Assembly (NCBI GenBank): GCA_002633005.1
Contig: NMRA01000139.1
Location: 558,001-622,000, forward strand
From: Phoronis australis
Taxonomy: Eukaryota; Animalia; Phoronida
DNA: 64,000 nucleotides
Direction of reading: 5' to 3'
The notes under the pieces are model-generated. The model was given only the letters and a program-made list of their open reading frames with translations. It was not told the DNA's origin and searched no databases. Of this stretch, positions 27,901-39,900 are shown in pieces. Position numbers and translations under genes: made by a program. Positions within the stretch are counted from its first letter, which is position 1, and each line of letters opens with the position of its first letter.

Positions 27901-30900
27901 AGTGCACCACCATTAATAAAACATTAAAGTAAGAAATCATATTAAATTCAATTCGAAAATACTTGGAGTTGTTTCGAATGAGCATTATTTTGACTTAAGT
28001 TTTGACTGGAGTAACTTGCTTTATATCCGTTTAGTGAAATTTTTAACTAAAAAGAAGCGAAAATAGTACGTTTAAACTGTATGTTCTCCACACATCACTG
28101 TATACATTTTCTGAAACCTCTATGATTAAAACATCATAGCGCATGCATTAAGATGTCACACAATTATTTGCAATCATGCGACTGCCATTTTCACTGAAAG
28201 TAACTAATTTTGCTTTGAACATGAATTTCTAAAAAATCATAAGTACATGCGCTATCGTGTTTATGTATTCTTTCTGACAATTCGCATGGGTTAATGACTC
28301 AAAAGTGATGTCAGCCTACAAATCATCCCGTAACAAGTCTTCTTTTTCTCGACGTTGCATCCATTGCTGGATATGAAATCTAATACACAATCCCCTCGTA
28401 CAGTCAAGTGCAATTTCAAGCGATTCGACCCATGCACTAATGAGAAATCGATGTTCGAAATTACAAAAAACGTCGAAAATAAAAAGGGCTGTAAATTGGC
28501 GATAAATGCTGGATTGAAATCAAGAGCTGACGTCAGTTGAAATCGTCCCAAATTGAATAATATAAACAGAATTTGATGGAGTATGTGGAATTTGAATTGC
28601 TTGGGAACACTAGACTTTAAAAGATTAGAAGAAATGTAGATTTTGTGGATTTTTGTCGCACATCTCTTGGAGCCATGGGAGACTCTCTCGCTATCATGTC
28701 AGTCGGTAAAGGCGCTCATTGGGACACTCTCTCGGTATCATGTCAATGAAGACGCTCCCTGAATCTCAAGAAGAAATCCCAAGCTTTTATTTTCGGATGT
28801 CTGCGATATGACATGCAGACATCGAGTAAACTGTGTAGTTTACATCTTCATACAGTAATCAAAACTAAACTACCCGGGGCGCATTTTGATGTCTTTTCAA
28901 CCCCCTGTTTTCTACGAGCAAATATCTTGAAATAAGGTTACATGCGCGTACTTTGGCTTTACTTGTTTTGTATCTAATTTAGTAACAGTAATTACACGTC
29001 AGAAACATTTCTTATTAACCTAAATGTCAATTCTTGTAATGTTTCGCTTCAATTGCTTCCATGATGAAACACAAAATTAATTTTTGTACACCACTCCTGC
29101 AAAAGTGCGCTCATATCTAGGTCCCGTGTGAACTAAAGTAGTTATATAAAAGCAACGGATGGACAAATGAACACCTATTTTAACCGAGAATATTATTTTC
29201 AACAAGGCGAGTTTCTCGCACTTACGAAAAGACCTACAAGAAGTTCGTGCGACCCCACAATTCCGCCTTCCGTCTTTTAGAGGGGGCTTATCAGGGACCC
29301 GGCGTTTATTACATACAACGTACCTGGATAGAGGCTTCTGTTAGAGGGAGGTGGCCATTAGAGATCCTGCTCCTATTCAAATCTCTGTGGTACGCAGTTT
29401 GATTGTGATCTACGATTTCGCTCAAGCCTAGGCTGCGACATTTTAATTCAAAATGTCGCACATGTATCTTACACCTGTTTACACTTTTCGATTAGTCGTA
29501 TACGATATACACAGTCGCATACGAGAACCTGCATGAAGAGCAGGACTCGATCAATGTATAGTATATGGCGACTGAGTGCCATCTGCTGGTTCCGGAACAA
29601 CTTGGGAGTGAAAAAGCAGAGGAAACACAGCGTAGTGTTCAAGAAGACAGACCGACTGGCTGAACGCGTCAAAACCACAATCGGGAACAACAAGACTGTT
29701 TCACGAAATATCATAATTATGCTTCGAATATTACCAAACCAGCATCTCAGTTCTTGTCCCTTCACGCAATGGGAGATGTAGATTCGTCCCCCACAGCCCG
29801 GCAAATATACGAGCGGAGTGTCTATGTAACAAAGGACTTCTGCGAAAGTCTGTACTGAGCTACATGTGATATCAAGACTGTAATCTTGAACGAATTCTTG
29901 TCTGGGAAATTATTGCAAATGTAAGCGTTCTCCTAAATTTAATCATTCTTTAGCTCAACAAGACGCGATCAAGTAGTTATAAAACGACTATTTCAAAGCA
30001 GCATCTACATTACGTAACGCGATGGTGCTTCGCAACCAGAAGAATCACGCCACGGTGGCATTGACTTGTCTTGCTCTAGTACAAACAATCATCAAGGAAA
30101 CGGTAATTAAATAGCTCAGCACAGTGAACACCCTCACAAATCGATAGTACCAAACCAAAACATTGCCCTGGTCAACTAACACGTTAATGACATTATGTAG
30201 AAGACATCACCTTCAATCTGTATCGGATTGTTCGCGTTAATCGAGCTGTCTTTTCTGTGCAGCGTCTGCAACTTTCCACGAACGTCGATAGTACCCACAA
30301 CTTACGATTGTTCGTCACTGTACATTTTTTCCCGAGAATCAATATAAATTTAGAAAAGTCTTTACTTGTATAATTCCCGGGGATTTGCACGTGCTCGGGT
30401 ACCCTAGAGAAACTGGGCGATATGTTATCCAGAACTGGGTCCAGTCTCGCAATTACCTTGGGACATCATGTGATGTAGCTATTGCTGTAGCACATAACAT
30501 TCCTTATGGCGAAACTCGTCTGCTTGCAAATGCATGCAATGTCACAATTTGTTGCAGAATTTGATACTTAAACCTGCGAAAGATGTACCTACAGGTATAT
30601 CAGTATCGCAACACTTCTGACAACAATTCCACGTCTGTAATTCCGTCGGCCCGGTGTGGACATCCATTAATCCCTAGTCAGTGTTGTGCCATCGTATTGT
30701 ATGTTTTGATTAGTCTATCGATATTACAGGATACAACGTGGTCGTGAGCAGTGCACGTGTAGTGCGAAAACTTAGTGTGCGGGCACATCCAGTTGTAGCC
30801 ATGCAGGATAATTATGTTGAGTTTTAGAAATGATTTTTTCAGATCTAACGGTAAACAAATAAAAAATTATTGCCGCTGCTTCCCTTACACCTAATGATCT

Positions 30901-33900
30901 ATTTAAATTTGTGGTAATCCACTGTTACTTTAAGATATTATCTACTTTCATGTCACTACCTTGATGACTCACTTTTGATTATCCACAGTGACAAGATGTG
31001 ATCATTGAATCTCTGTGTAGAAGAGTAAAATATCTAATTGGTTAAAAAACGTGTGCAAACTGGCAAGTTGATCGCTTCAAACACACATACCGATGGCATG
31101 CTCTATTCGTAGTCTATGAATCCCATGCTTCGCGTAATCAAGGTATCTGCACGTCAAATCAATACCTGTTGGGTCACAGGCCCGTGATTTTTTGTCTAAA
31201 AGTTATCGATTTTGACAGAAACACAGTTCCTTATTCATCGACGTTACTGTGGCTAGTTTTCAATGCGTTTCCTATGTGCTTTATTCAGTAGCGTGTAAAG
31301 ACATGAATACGCGTATTCAGTTGACTTTGTGATTGTTGTTGGCAAATTGCGCATGCGCGACTGGATCATCGATGAATGAGTGCCTTACGCGATCTAGTGA
31401 TTTCTAACAGTCATGGATGTTAGATTGATAATACGTATACTGTGAAACCATGAGACATGCGTTGTCGTTTGGAGTGTACAGGTTTGTCGTTGCTACTGCT
31501 GTTTTTAGGAGAACTGGTCATATCGTTTGCTAGTCTGCAACGTGGTAAGTAGACTCAAATTTCTGAGTTAATTTTCAATGCTTCCAATGAATGCTCTATT
31601 GAGTCTCTGCTGTTGTAACACATGAAAACACGTTGATACATATGACGTTGATGTATGCATACCTCATTAAAAATCGTTTGACAATCATTTTGACCTGAAG
31701 TTATTTTACGTGTTTAATGTCACATAGCAGTGGCAACAAACGCTGTATAATGACAACTTGTCTAGACCGTAATGTCCGTAAATGTTTCCTATGTCAAGTC
31801 AACTAAACGTTCAAAGAACTTCGATCCATTTATGGAATAGTAATTTAATGAGATGGCAGAGGTGTAGTACTAACTTCATGCCGTTGCTGTGTGCGTGACA
31901 CATCCTAAGTGGTCGGCGTTCTGTTGTGCAAAAACACCGTGCACCAGTGGGAAGCGCTCCATAGTAAACGGATCATATTTCTCTAATGTCTTCGTCGCTC
32001 AGTGGATTTTTCTCCGCGGTAGCTGCCGTAGAATTGGCGAGGACGGGGTGACGAGCAACTAGGCATAGTCGGGGAGAGGTTGGCATTCCAAAATCAAAAA
32101 CTTAATACCCCTTGGGCGTAAATAAATTTGACACGAATCACATTTCACCCAGTCTGGCGATTTAGTTCTAATATTTGCGAAAACAACTGCATTTTCTATC
32201 AATTCGGCAGTATAATCATGGATAGCAGATTGGCATAACATTTGGATAGACGTCAGTAAACTGAGCAACTCACCACTCATCAGGCGATTCCATCCATTTA
32301 ATAACATGAAACTTGACCGTAAGCATTAAAAATAAAAAAAAACAATGTTTTCCGTACGCAATCAACGTGACTCGTCTACTAGCCTTAATGAAGCAAACGG
32401 CGTCATTCGGCCGGGAATTGCTTTGCGAAGGGATAAGCCAATGACGTCTATTTTTTGTACGTGATTTCAATAGCCAGGAATAAAATCAAAAACAAAGCTG
32501 TTTAGACTGACGAATTCTTACTTAATTGACCTGAATTGGTGTGTCTGTCACTTGACTAATTGCGAACTACTTAAAGGAACTTTTCTGGCACTCAAACACC
32601 TCAGGTCGCTTGGAATCTTTCTTCTAAACATTTTGAATGTCAAAAGGATAGTACTCAGTCAAATAACGTGAACGTGGAGCCACTGCTGTTACGAGGCTCA
32701 CAACTCGATATTAACAAGCTTAGTGGCAATCAAATTAGGGATGATCGATCATAGAGCATACTTCCAAGCGAGCACTTGCTCGCACATACGTGGCCCCTAG
32801 CTCCAAAGGGCTTTAACCTGTCTTACTACATCATAGATTGCTTCGATTTATTGAGCAAACAAATTATAGACGATTTTTCAACTCAAATGTCTTCGTACGT
32901 CTCTTCCCCGTGATTACTACAGTGAAAACACCATACTCGGCTCAGCGGCGGAGAACGCGTGCACAGATCCGTGATTCAAAATTGCTCACCTATCTTCCAC
33001 GTTTTTATACTGTTCGTCCTGGGTCATTTGATTCACCGAGATTATATGATGATGGAAGATAAAACTTTATTTGCTGTTTTGATCTCTGGCGTTTGCAAAA
33101 GACTACACACAGGAATGCACACATTTTCAATCAAGTTCACCATGTGTAATCGGCTTAATACCATTACTACATTTTCTTGCGTGGTCGCCATCAGACGAAT
33201 CTACATGTAAGAAGGCGTGTATGCAAATTGCTCGCTTAATACTCTGGACGCTCAGCCACTGATTCCATCAACGACTCGCGATTCCTCATTTTACCTCCGT
33301 ACTTAAGAATATGCGATGTCGCAGTAATAACAATTTTATAGGGCCAGTAATTTCCGACACGCGATGTCGAGTTTAGCTGATATTAGGCGGACGAAGCACG
33401 TCCTACACATTGTGTTCTTCTGTCAAGGGCAGGAATGCGCTGCTTCATTACAAATAACTTCTGCACCGCTTAGTAACTCGCATGCTGTTCACAGTATGTT
33501 GATGTCAAACAAAAAACTCGCGTGTAAAATAAACACGGGTTTTTATTATTCAATGGCATTTTGTGCACAGTCGGACCACTGATCTGTTTGGGAATGCGGC
33601 TTCAACAAATAACATTCAGGTTAATACTGAAGTGTACCGCAGGTCATTCATATAAATATTTTCTTTATTTTGTAAGTTCTCGGTTCGTATTTCCAGTTTT
33701 GCACACTATAAGCGAGTGTTGGTTGGGGACGTTTGCGTTGGGAACTGGCAAAACTTTAACGCTCGCTGAAAATTATCGATGTTTACACTCGGGACTCCCG
33801 GATTTTCGTGACTTAAATTCAATATGACTGGAGGCACAGGCACCATTTTGTTTTGGATGTGACTAAAATTGGGATTTTGGGAGGTTTAACAATAGATCAA

Positions 33901-36900
33901 TCACCAATGATTTTGAAACCATTAGCATTAGATGAGCAAATTGAAATACACCAGTAAAATTTCGAGACCAAAACATGGTTTATTGAGGCTCTGTATGTAC
34001 CATCTTGTGAAATAGTCTGAAATTACTTTCAACTGCCTATGTCTGCCAGCCTCTGGTATCGCGGTCTATGGTTTCTGTTTTTTCGTCTTACCGTGTGTTT
34101 TTCCGGTGGTATTTCGCTGTGTGTTTATTCAACGAGGATATCCTCAGTTAATGAATTTTGCTAGAACCCACCGTCTTGTGAATACAAACAAGACGAACAT
34201 GTTACACGAGTTAAGGATAGACAGCTCAAAATAAGCAATCACGTTTTATATCTATATCTGTCGGTGTTTTTCTAACAATGACAAAGTCTGAACATGGCTT
34301 GCACCATTATAAGCGAGGCATCTGCAAGTTTTTTTGAAACTAAATCAACCTTGTAAGAACTTCGGGGCTCCCTATGTAGAATTTGATAAAAATACGAGTA
34401 TGCGTGTTCAATAAAGCGAACGAAATCTACAGTGGGTGTGACAGACTACACGTATGTCAGCACCATGATACACACGACAGCACGACGACCGTCCATCAGC
34501 GCGCAAATTACCACGTCACGATACGCCACGTATTACTAGTCTGCAAATGAACGTAACAGCAAAAACACTACAATGTGCGCCAAAAAAGAGGAAAATCGCA
34601 GTACTTAATCGGTCTGTGAATATTTGCTCACGTAGTGTTCTAGTTTCAATTAGTAATAATCCATACAAACACTTGCAACAGCCGATGGGCACATGAACAC
34701 GATGTACAGGTAATGCAACAAACCTCGATAATTATGCCACCGAAATTCTATTACCATTTGCAGGCATAAGTCGCGCGCTCAAAATTAGACTAAATCGTCA
34801 CTGAAATCCTATGCAACTGTATTTACGTGTTACGTAAGGACAGTTCTCGTAATTCCATTTGTCTGTTACCCAACGTTATTTATTGGATGCGTGAGATGTA
34901 ACACCGGCGATGAGTGTACTAGTATTGGTGGCTTTACGTTCGATAAACTCTAACCTTTGTCTATTATTTCGTAGATGTTCTATTATTTAATGTAAATCGC
35001 TTATACTGTCAAACTGTTGTTAAATGCAGTTCCAATACACTGAATATAAACTGGGCAGTACTCATACAGCCTTGTATTTCTCCTATTGCCCATATCTATT
35101 ATGTGACAGTTGTATGAATTGAGGCTCGTTAAAACAAACTCCTTGAGATTACGTTAGAGCTGTTTAACCAACGGTTCTATCAAACACCAAGTGGATAGTC
35201 ACGGATTTACGTGCATTACAATGTAAGAATCTTTTCATATTAAGAAAATGAAGTTTTTGAAGAGGAATTTAATTTTTAACAGAATTGTTTGACCGTGTTG
35301 GTGCTTATAAAGTAGCCAAACACGAATGGGATGTAACATTGATAACGATTTATTTTTTTGTGATCCGTTGTTTGAACGTACTTTCTCATGTCCATTAAAT
35401 TGGTGATTCTGCGCATATCGATTGGTGATACATATTATTGACGATTGAGTGCTTGGGTGATTTCATGCGAAAAGTCATGTGTACGATATTTCGTTAAATT
35501 GAACTCACGACTAGAGGTGGCGTTATTGTCGATTATAGAGCGCCATGACGAACAGTTATTACTCTGCGATGATACTCCAAACGATCATTATCATATCTAC
35601 TGACAATTTCTCTTATTGCCGGATACGATCACCACCAAGTGCCAATGCTTTAGAAAAAAACCAGAGAAGTTCAAATCGTACTGGTGGAAGCGCCATCGTT
35701 AGGGAAGAAGGAGTCGAGTCGTTGAACCTTCAACCCAGACGCAGGTCCTCGATCATGACCTGGGCTATATTTCTCAAAGAATCTATAACCAAAAATTGAT
35801 TTTTTGCCTCCTGGCTTAGGCTTTAGTCTCCTACCGAGCAGGCTACGGATGTCTACGGTTTGTAGACAGACTTTCTGACTTTTAGTCCTAGCCTGGTTTC
35901 ATGAAACACGATAATAATCTGAAGACTGATTTTAGTCAAACGACAAAAGACAATAGACTCTTTGAAAGGCAGTACCAGAGGTGACCGACTGCCAAACTCA
36001 ATGGTGAAGACGTTTTAAATTTGACGAGGAAATTTTGAATCTATTATTATTTTTTTAATAGTTATGTGTATTACACTCATGCGCGCTCCCAGGGGGGTGG
36101 GGGCTCGGGGGCTTTGAACGAGCCCCCATTTGGTGAAGTGGGCAAAAAGGTCCTCCCCCGAAAGACAAAAAGTCCGAGAAAATGGGACTAAGCCCACTAA
36201 ATAAGCGCAAACGCGCAATTCACAGTCCTTTTTCGTTTTTTTATTTTTTAGTCCGCCGGCTCTTTTGTTAGCAAAAGGTCCACAACATCAAAGATTCGAT
36301 ATTGAAGGCTGGGTGCACGGCGCCGCCAAACACATTTCCAGTATATTAACCCCAAGCACTGGAACTTACGATGCCATTGCATCTCTCATTCACATTATTG
36401 ACTTAAAATGTTTCCGGTACTCACAACACTTTATCATAAAACGAAAATGAAATACATTAAAGAAATGCATAACCAATTGAAATTTAGACCACTATGATCG
36501 CCTCGAACATTAGTAGCAAAACTGCCGCCGCTGCCGCCGTCACGCCGACTACCATCACCAACAACACAACCGTTAGTATCATCACACCCACCACCGCCTC
36601 ATGAATACCTCTATCACCACCAACTCCTCCACCACCACCGTCATACGTTATTTCTCACCACCTTCATCATCGCACCTTTGCAATCCTCCAAAACCGTTTT
36701 GTCTCCAAGGGATTATGAAAACGGCCAAGTGCTCTGAGGGAGTTATTCACGAAGCTACAAAATAAGAGGGGTTGTGATTCTGTCCTCTAACTCGTGACGA
36801 GGACCTGGGGTACCTAAACTGGATTTTCACACATTAAAAATGTTAAAAAAATGTTGGATACTGCAGGGATATATCAATTTCCGAGATCCGTCTACTTAAA

Positions 36901-39900
36901 GAGGCAACAGACGTCATCATCCGATTTCATAAAGATGTTTTAACAAAACCAGGTTAAACACGTAAACCTGGTCGTCCTAACCTGGTTTACAATGTAATTT
37001 TAGGCGTAACATGATTTCACCAACCTGGCTTAAAAGTCTGAAAGCCTGGATTTTCTACAGCAACCCAGGTTGAAATTATTCAAAGCACCCTTCTGCGTCG
37101 AGCTGGATTGATTGACGTTAAAAAAGAAACGCTTGGAGTGCTTCATTGGAACCGTGATCACATGGGTTTCAATGACAGCGTACAGTTGGTAGAACCAGTG
37201 CAGACGTACATTTTCTGGTGTCTTTGATATCAACAAAATGAGTAGAAAAAGTACGGAAAACTTTTCTCATAAAGAAAAAGGTTTCCTCGCAGAACTGATT
37301 ACAGAAAAATCGATGTCATAGGGAACAAGATTATGATTCTCTGTTATTGTCTGTTATGTCTTTCGGAGTCAGTTTTTGAGGACTGTGTTGTCGTAAAATT
37401 AAAGTTTGCGTCGGCGACACACGCCACGACGTCTTTCAGCTGCACTGTTGAGCACATGTATATCGCGCAAGTAAGCCACCTAAGTTCAACAGTGTTAAAG
37501 CTGGGTCTGACAAGATCTAAAGTTAAACCTGGTTTAAGGTCTTAGTGCATGCTTAAGAAACTTAGATCACGGTGGTGAAATGAAAAGAGTCTTCGACCAG
37601 GTTTAAACTGGAGTTAGGCCTAAACCAGGTTTTACTAATCCACTGGTCTAAAAGTTAAACCACCTTTATGAAATGAGGATTGTCTTTAAACCTGGTCTAA
37701 GTCCACTTTAAACCGGGCTTAACTTTAAAACCACCTTTATGAAATCGGCTGCATGTGTCCAGTGTTAACTTTCGTCATTGGTGTGCGGAAGTCTATTCGT
37801 ACGCATGCTCAATCATGTGCATACAACCTCGTAGAGTACACAAAAACGTCAGCATGTATGTGTATTTTGTGGATCGCCATGACTGTGACGGCGGACAACG
37901 ATGAGTTTTCTTTAATGCTTTTCAAATGTCGGTGCTACTGAAGAAAGGTCCGTCTTTTTAATATCTGAATAGATTGAGATTCAAAAAGTTCACCATCAAG
38001 CAAGGAGGCTTTTGTTGAATAGGGGTAGTGTTCATTTCACACGAGCACCACCTAGTGGTTTTCGGGACGCCCATTGTGAATACAAACAACCTATTACTGC
38101 AACACATTGATCTCCGACAAGAGAAATGCTTCAGTTCAAAGAGGCACCCTCGCACCCAAATGAGCTTATCAAAAAGAGCATTTTTTATGATAAAGTTACA
38201 ACATTAAAAATCCTCGATGTTTTAACTACAACATAGTTAACATGGCAGTTTACCGTCACGTGATATTACATTCTCGGTTTTTTAGAGACGAGTGACATTT
38301 AACAATAAGTAGATGACATTTTTTGCTCTGAACTTGAACGGTCTTGGTTATCTTTGGCTTAGCGACTCCTCCCCCAGTCGCGTTATTTCTGCGTCACGCA
38401 CAGCTATACGTTTATCCAGTGCAGATCGTCATCACATCGAATTGTAATTGATTAATTGTCATGTTCTATTTATTTGGAAAAGTGCCAGCTATCCATTTCA
38501 CTCACCGTGCACACCTGGCTGGACCATTAAGTCCTCGTCATTTCTGTTAAACTTTAATTATAACCTAAACTAACGCATTATGACGTAATCATTTTGGCCA
38601 CCGTCTTGTCAAAGGTGCACAGTCTTGTCTTACGACTTAACAAGAAACCACCCTCTGCAATAGCTAGGCCACCTAACAAAATGTTTTCAGCAGCTATTTG
38701 AATAATTGATTTCATAACCCATTTAGTAGACAATGGTGCATCTTAGACATGTTGTGGTCGAACGCCATGATCATTGATCGAGAAGATCGATTCCATGACG
38801 TTTTCGAATGTTAAGGATATTTGGCGGGGCAAAGTCATATTGAGATACTAACTACTGAAGATAGCAAGGTCTTCACCGCTTCTAGATTCGCTTTATGGAG
38901 TTTTAGAGCTCGAAAATCGCGTTTGAGTAAATCCTCCAACGATAAAATCGAGCGAAGACTAGATGACTTTGGAGAATTATTCACGACAGATTGAGGACAC
39001 TGCGTGAATTACGCGGAGTGATATAGAAGAAAAGCAATCAAACATGGCTGAGCTCGCTGACCATATGTTGCTAGTTCGCGCATAATCCCTATTAACATTT
39101 CTGGGTTTATCAACATCTGAGAATGGATCACATGTTTTACGCTGGAACACAGTCCGAATAATGTATTTTACCATCCATCGATTATGTTATCGAGGACGAA
39201 AGGAGGCCTATAACGATGGGGACTGGGATGGGGTATCTGTCGCTTTGTCTTGGCTTATGCCTCTGTGTTCTCTCCGCTTCAGGACTGGGTAGCGATGACG
39301 AAAGACGCCTACTCGAATACCTCTTTACGTCTCAAGGATACAATCCCCTGATCAGGCCAGTGAGGAACCTCAACGAGACAATCAAAGTGGATTTTGGACT
39401 CGCCCTCGTGGTGCTAATCAGCTTGGTAAGTCGCATTGTTTTTGCACTAGAGCTGAAATAGTTCCATTAAAACATGCATTCGTCCCACTTAAGTAATACA
39501 CGGAGCTTTTAAAAGGTGCATCAAATTGTATTTGTAAACCATTAACTCGTGGTGCTTAATAAGACAAACTAGTCGATAGCAGGTGCCTTCAAATGTGCTT
39601 CAAACGTAATTTTACCACACTGCTGTTGTCAAAAGTAATTTGAAATCGTGCGTGTAGATTTCATAGGATTTACTGTAGGAACTAACCACCACTTTAGCTC
39701 GTAAAGGAAAAGTAACTATTGGTTTCATGATTGAAACGTACACGCCCTTTCGTATTGCAAGATTTGTTGTATAAGCAATGATAGCTTTCTGGTGTGATGT
39801 TCTTTTAAAGGGCATTTAAGCCTGGCGATTTCACATGTTGTACCTCTTTGAGGCACATAAGATAATACTCATTGAAATCACTTCGCCAATGTACTAAAAA

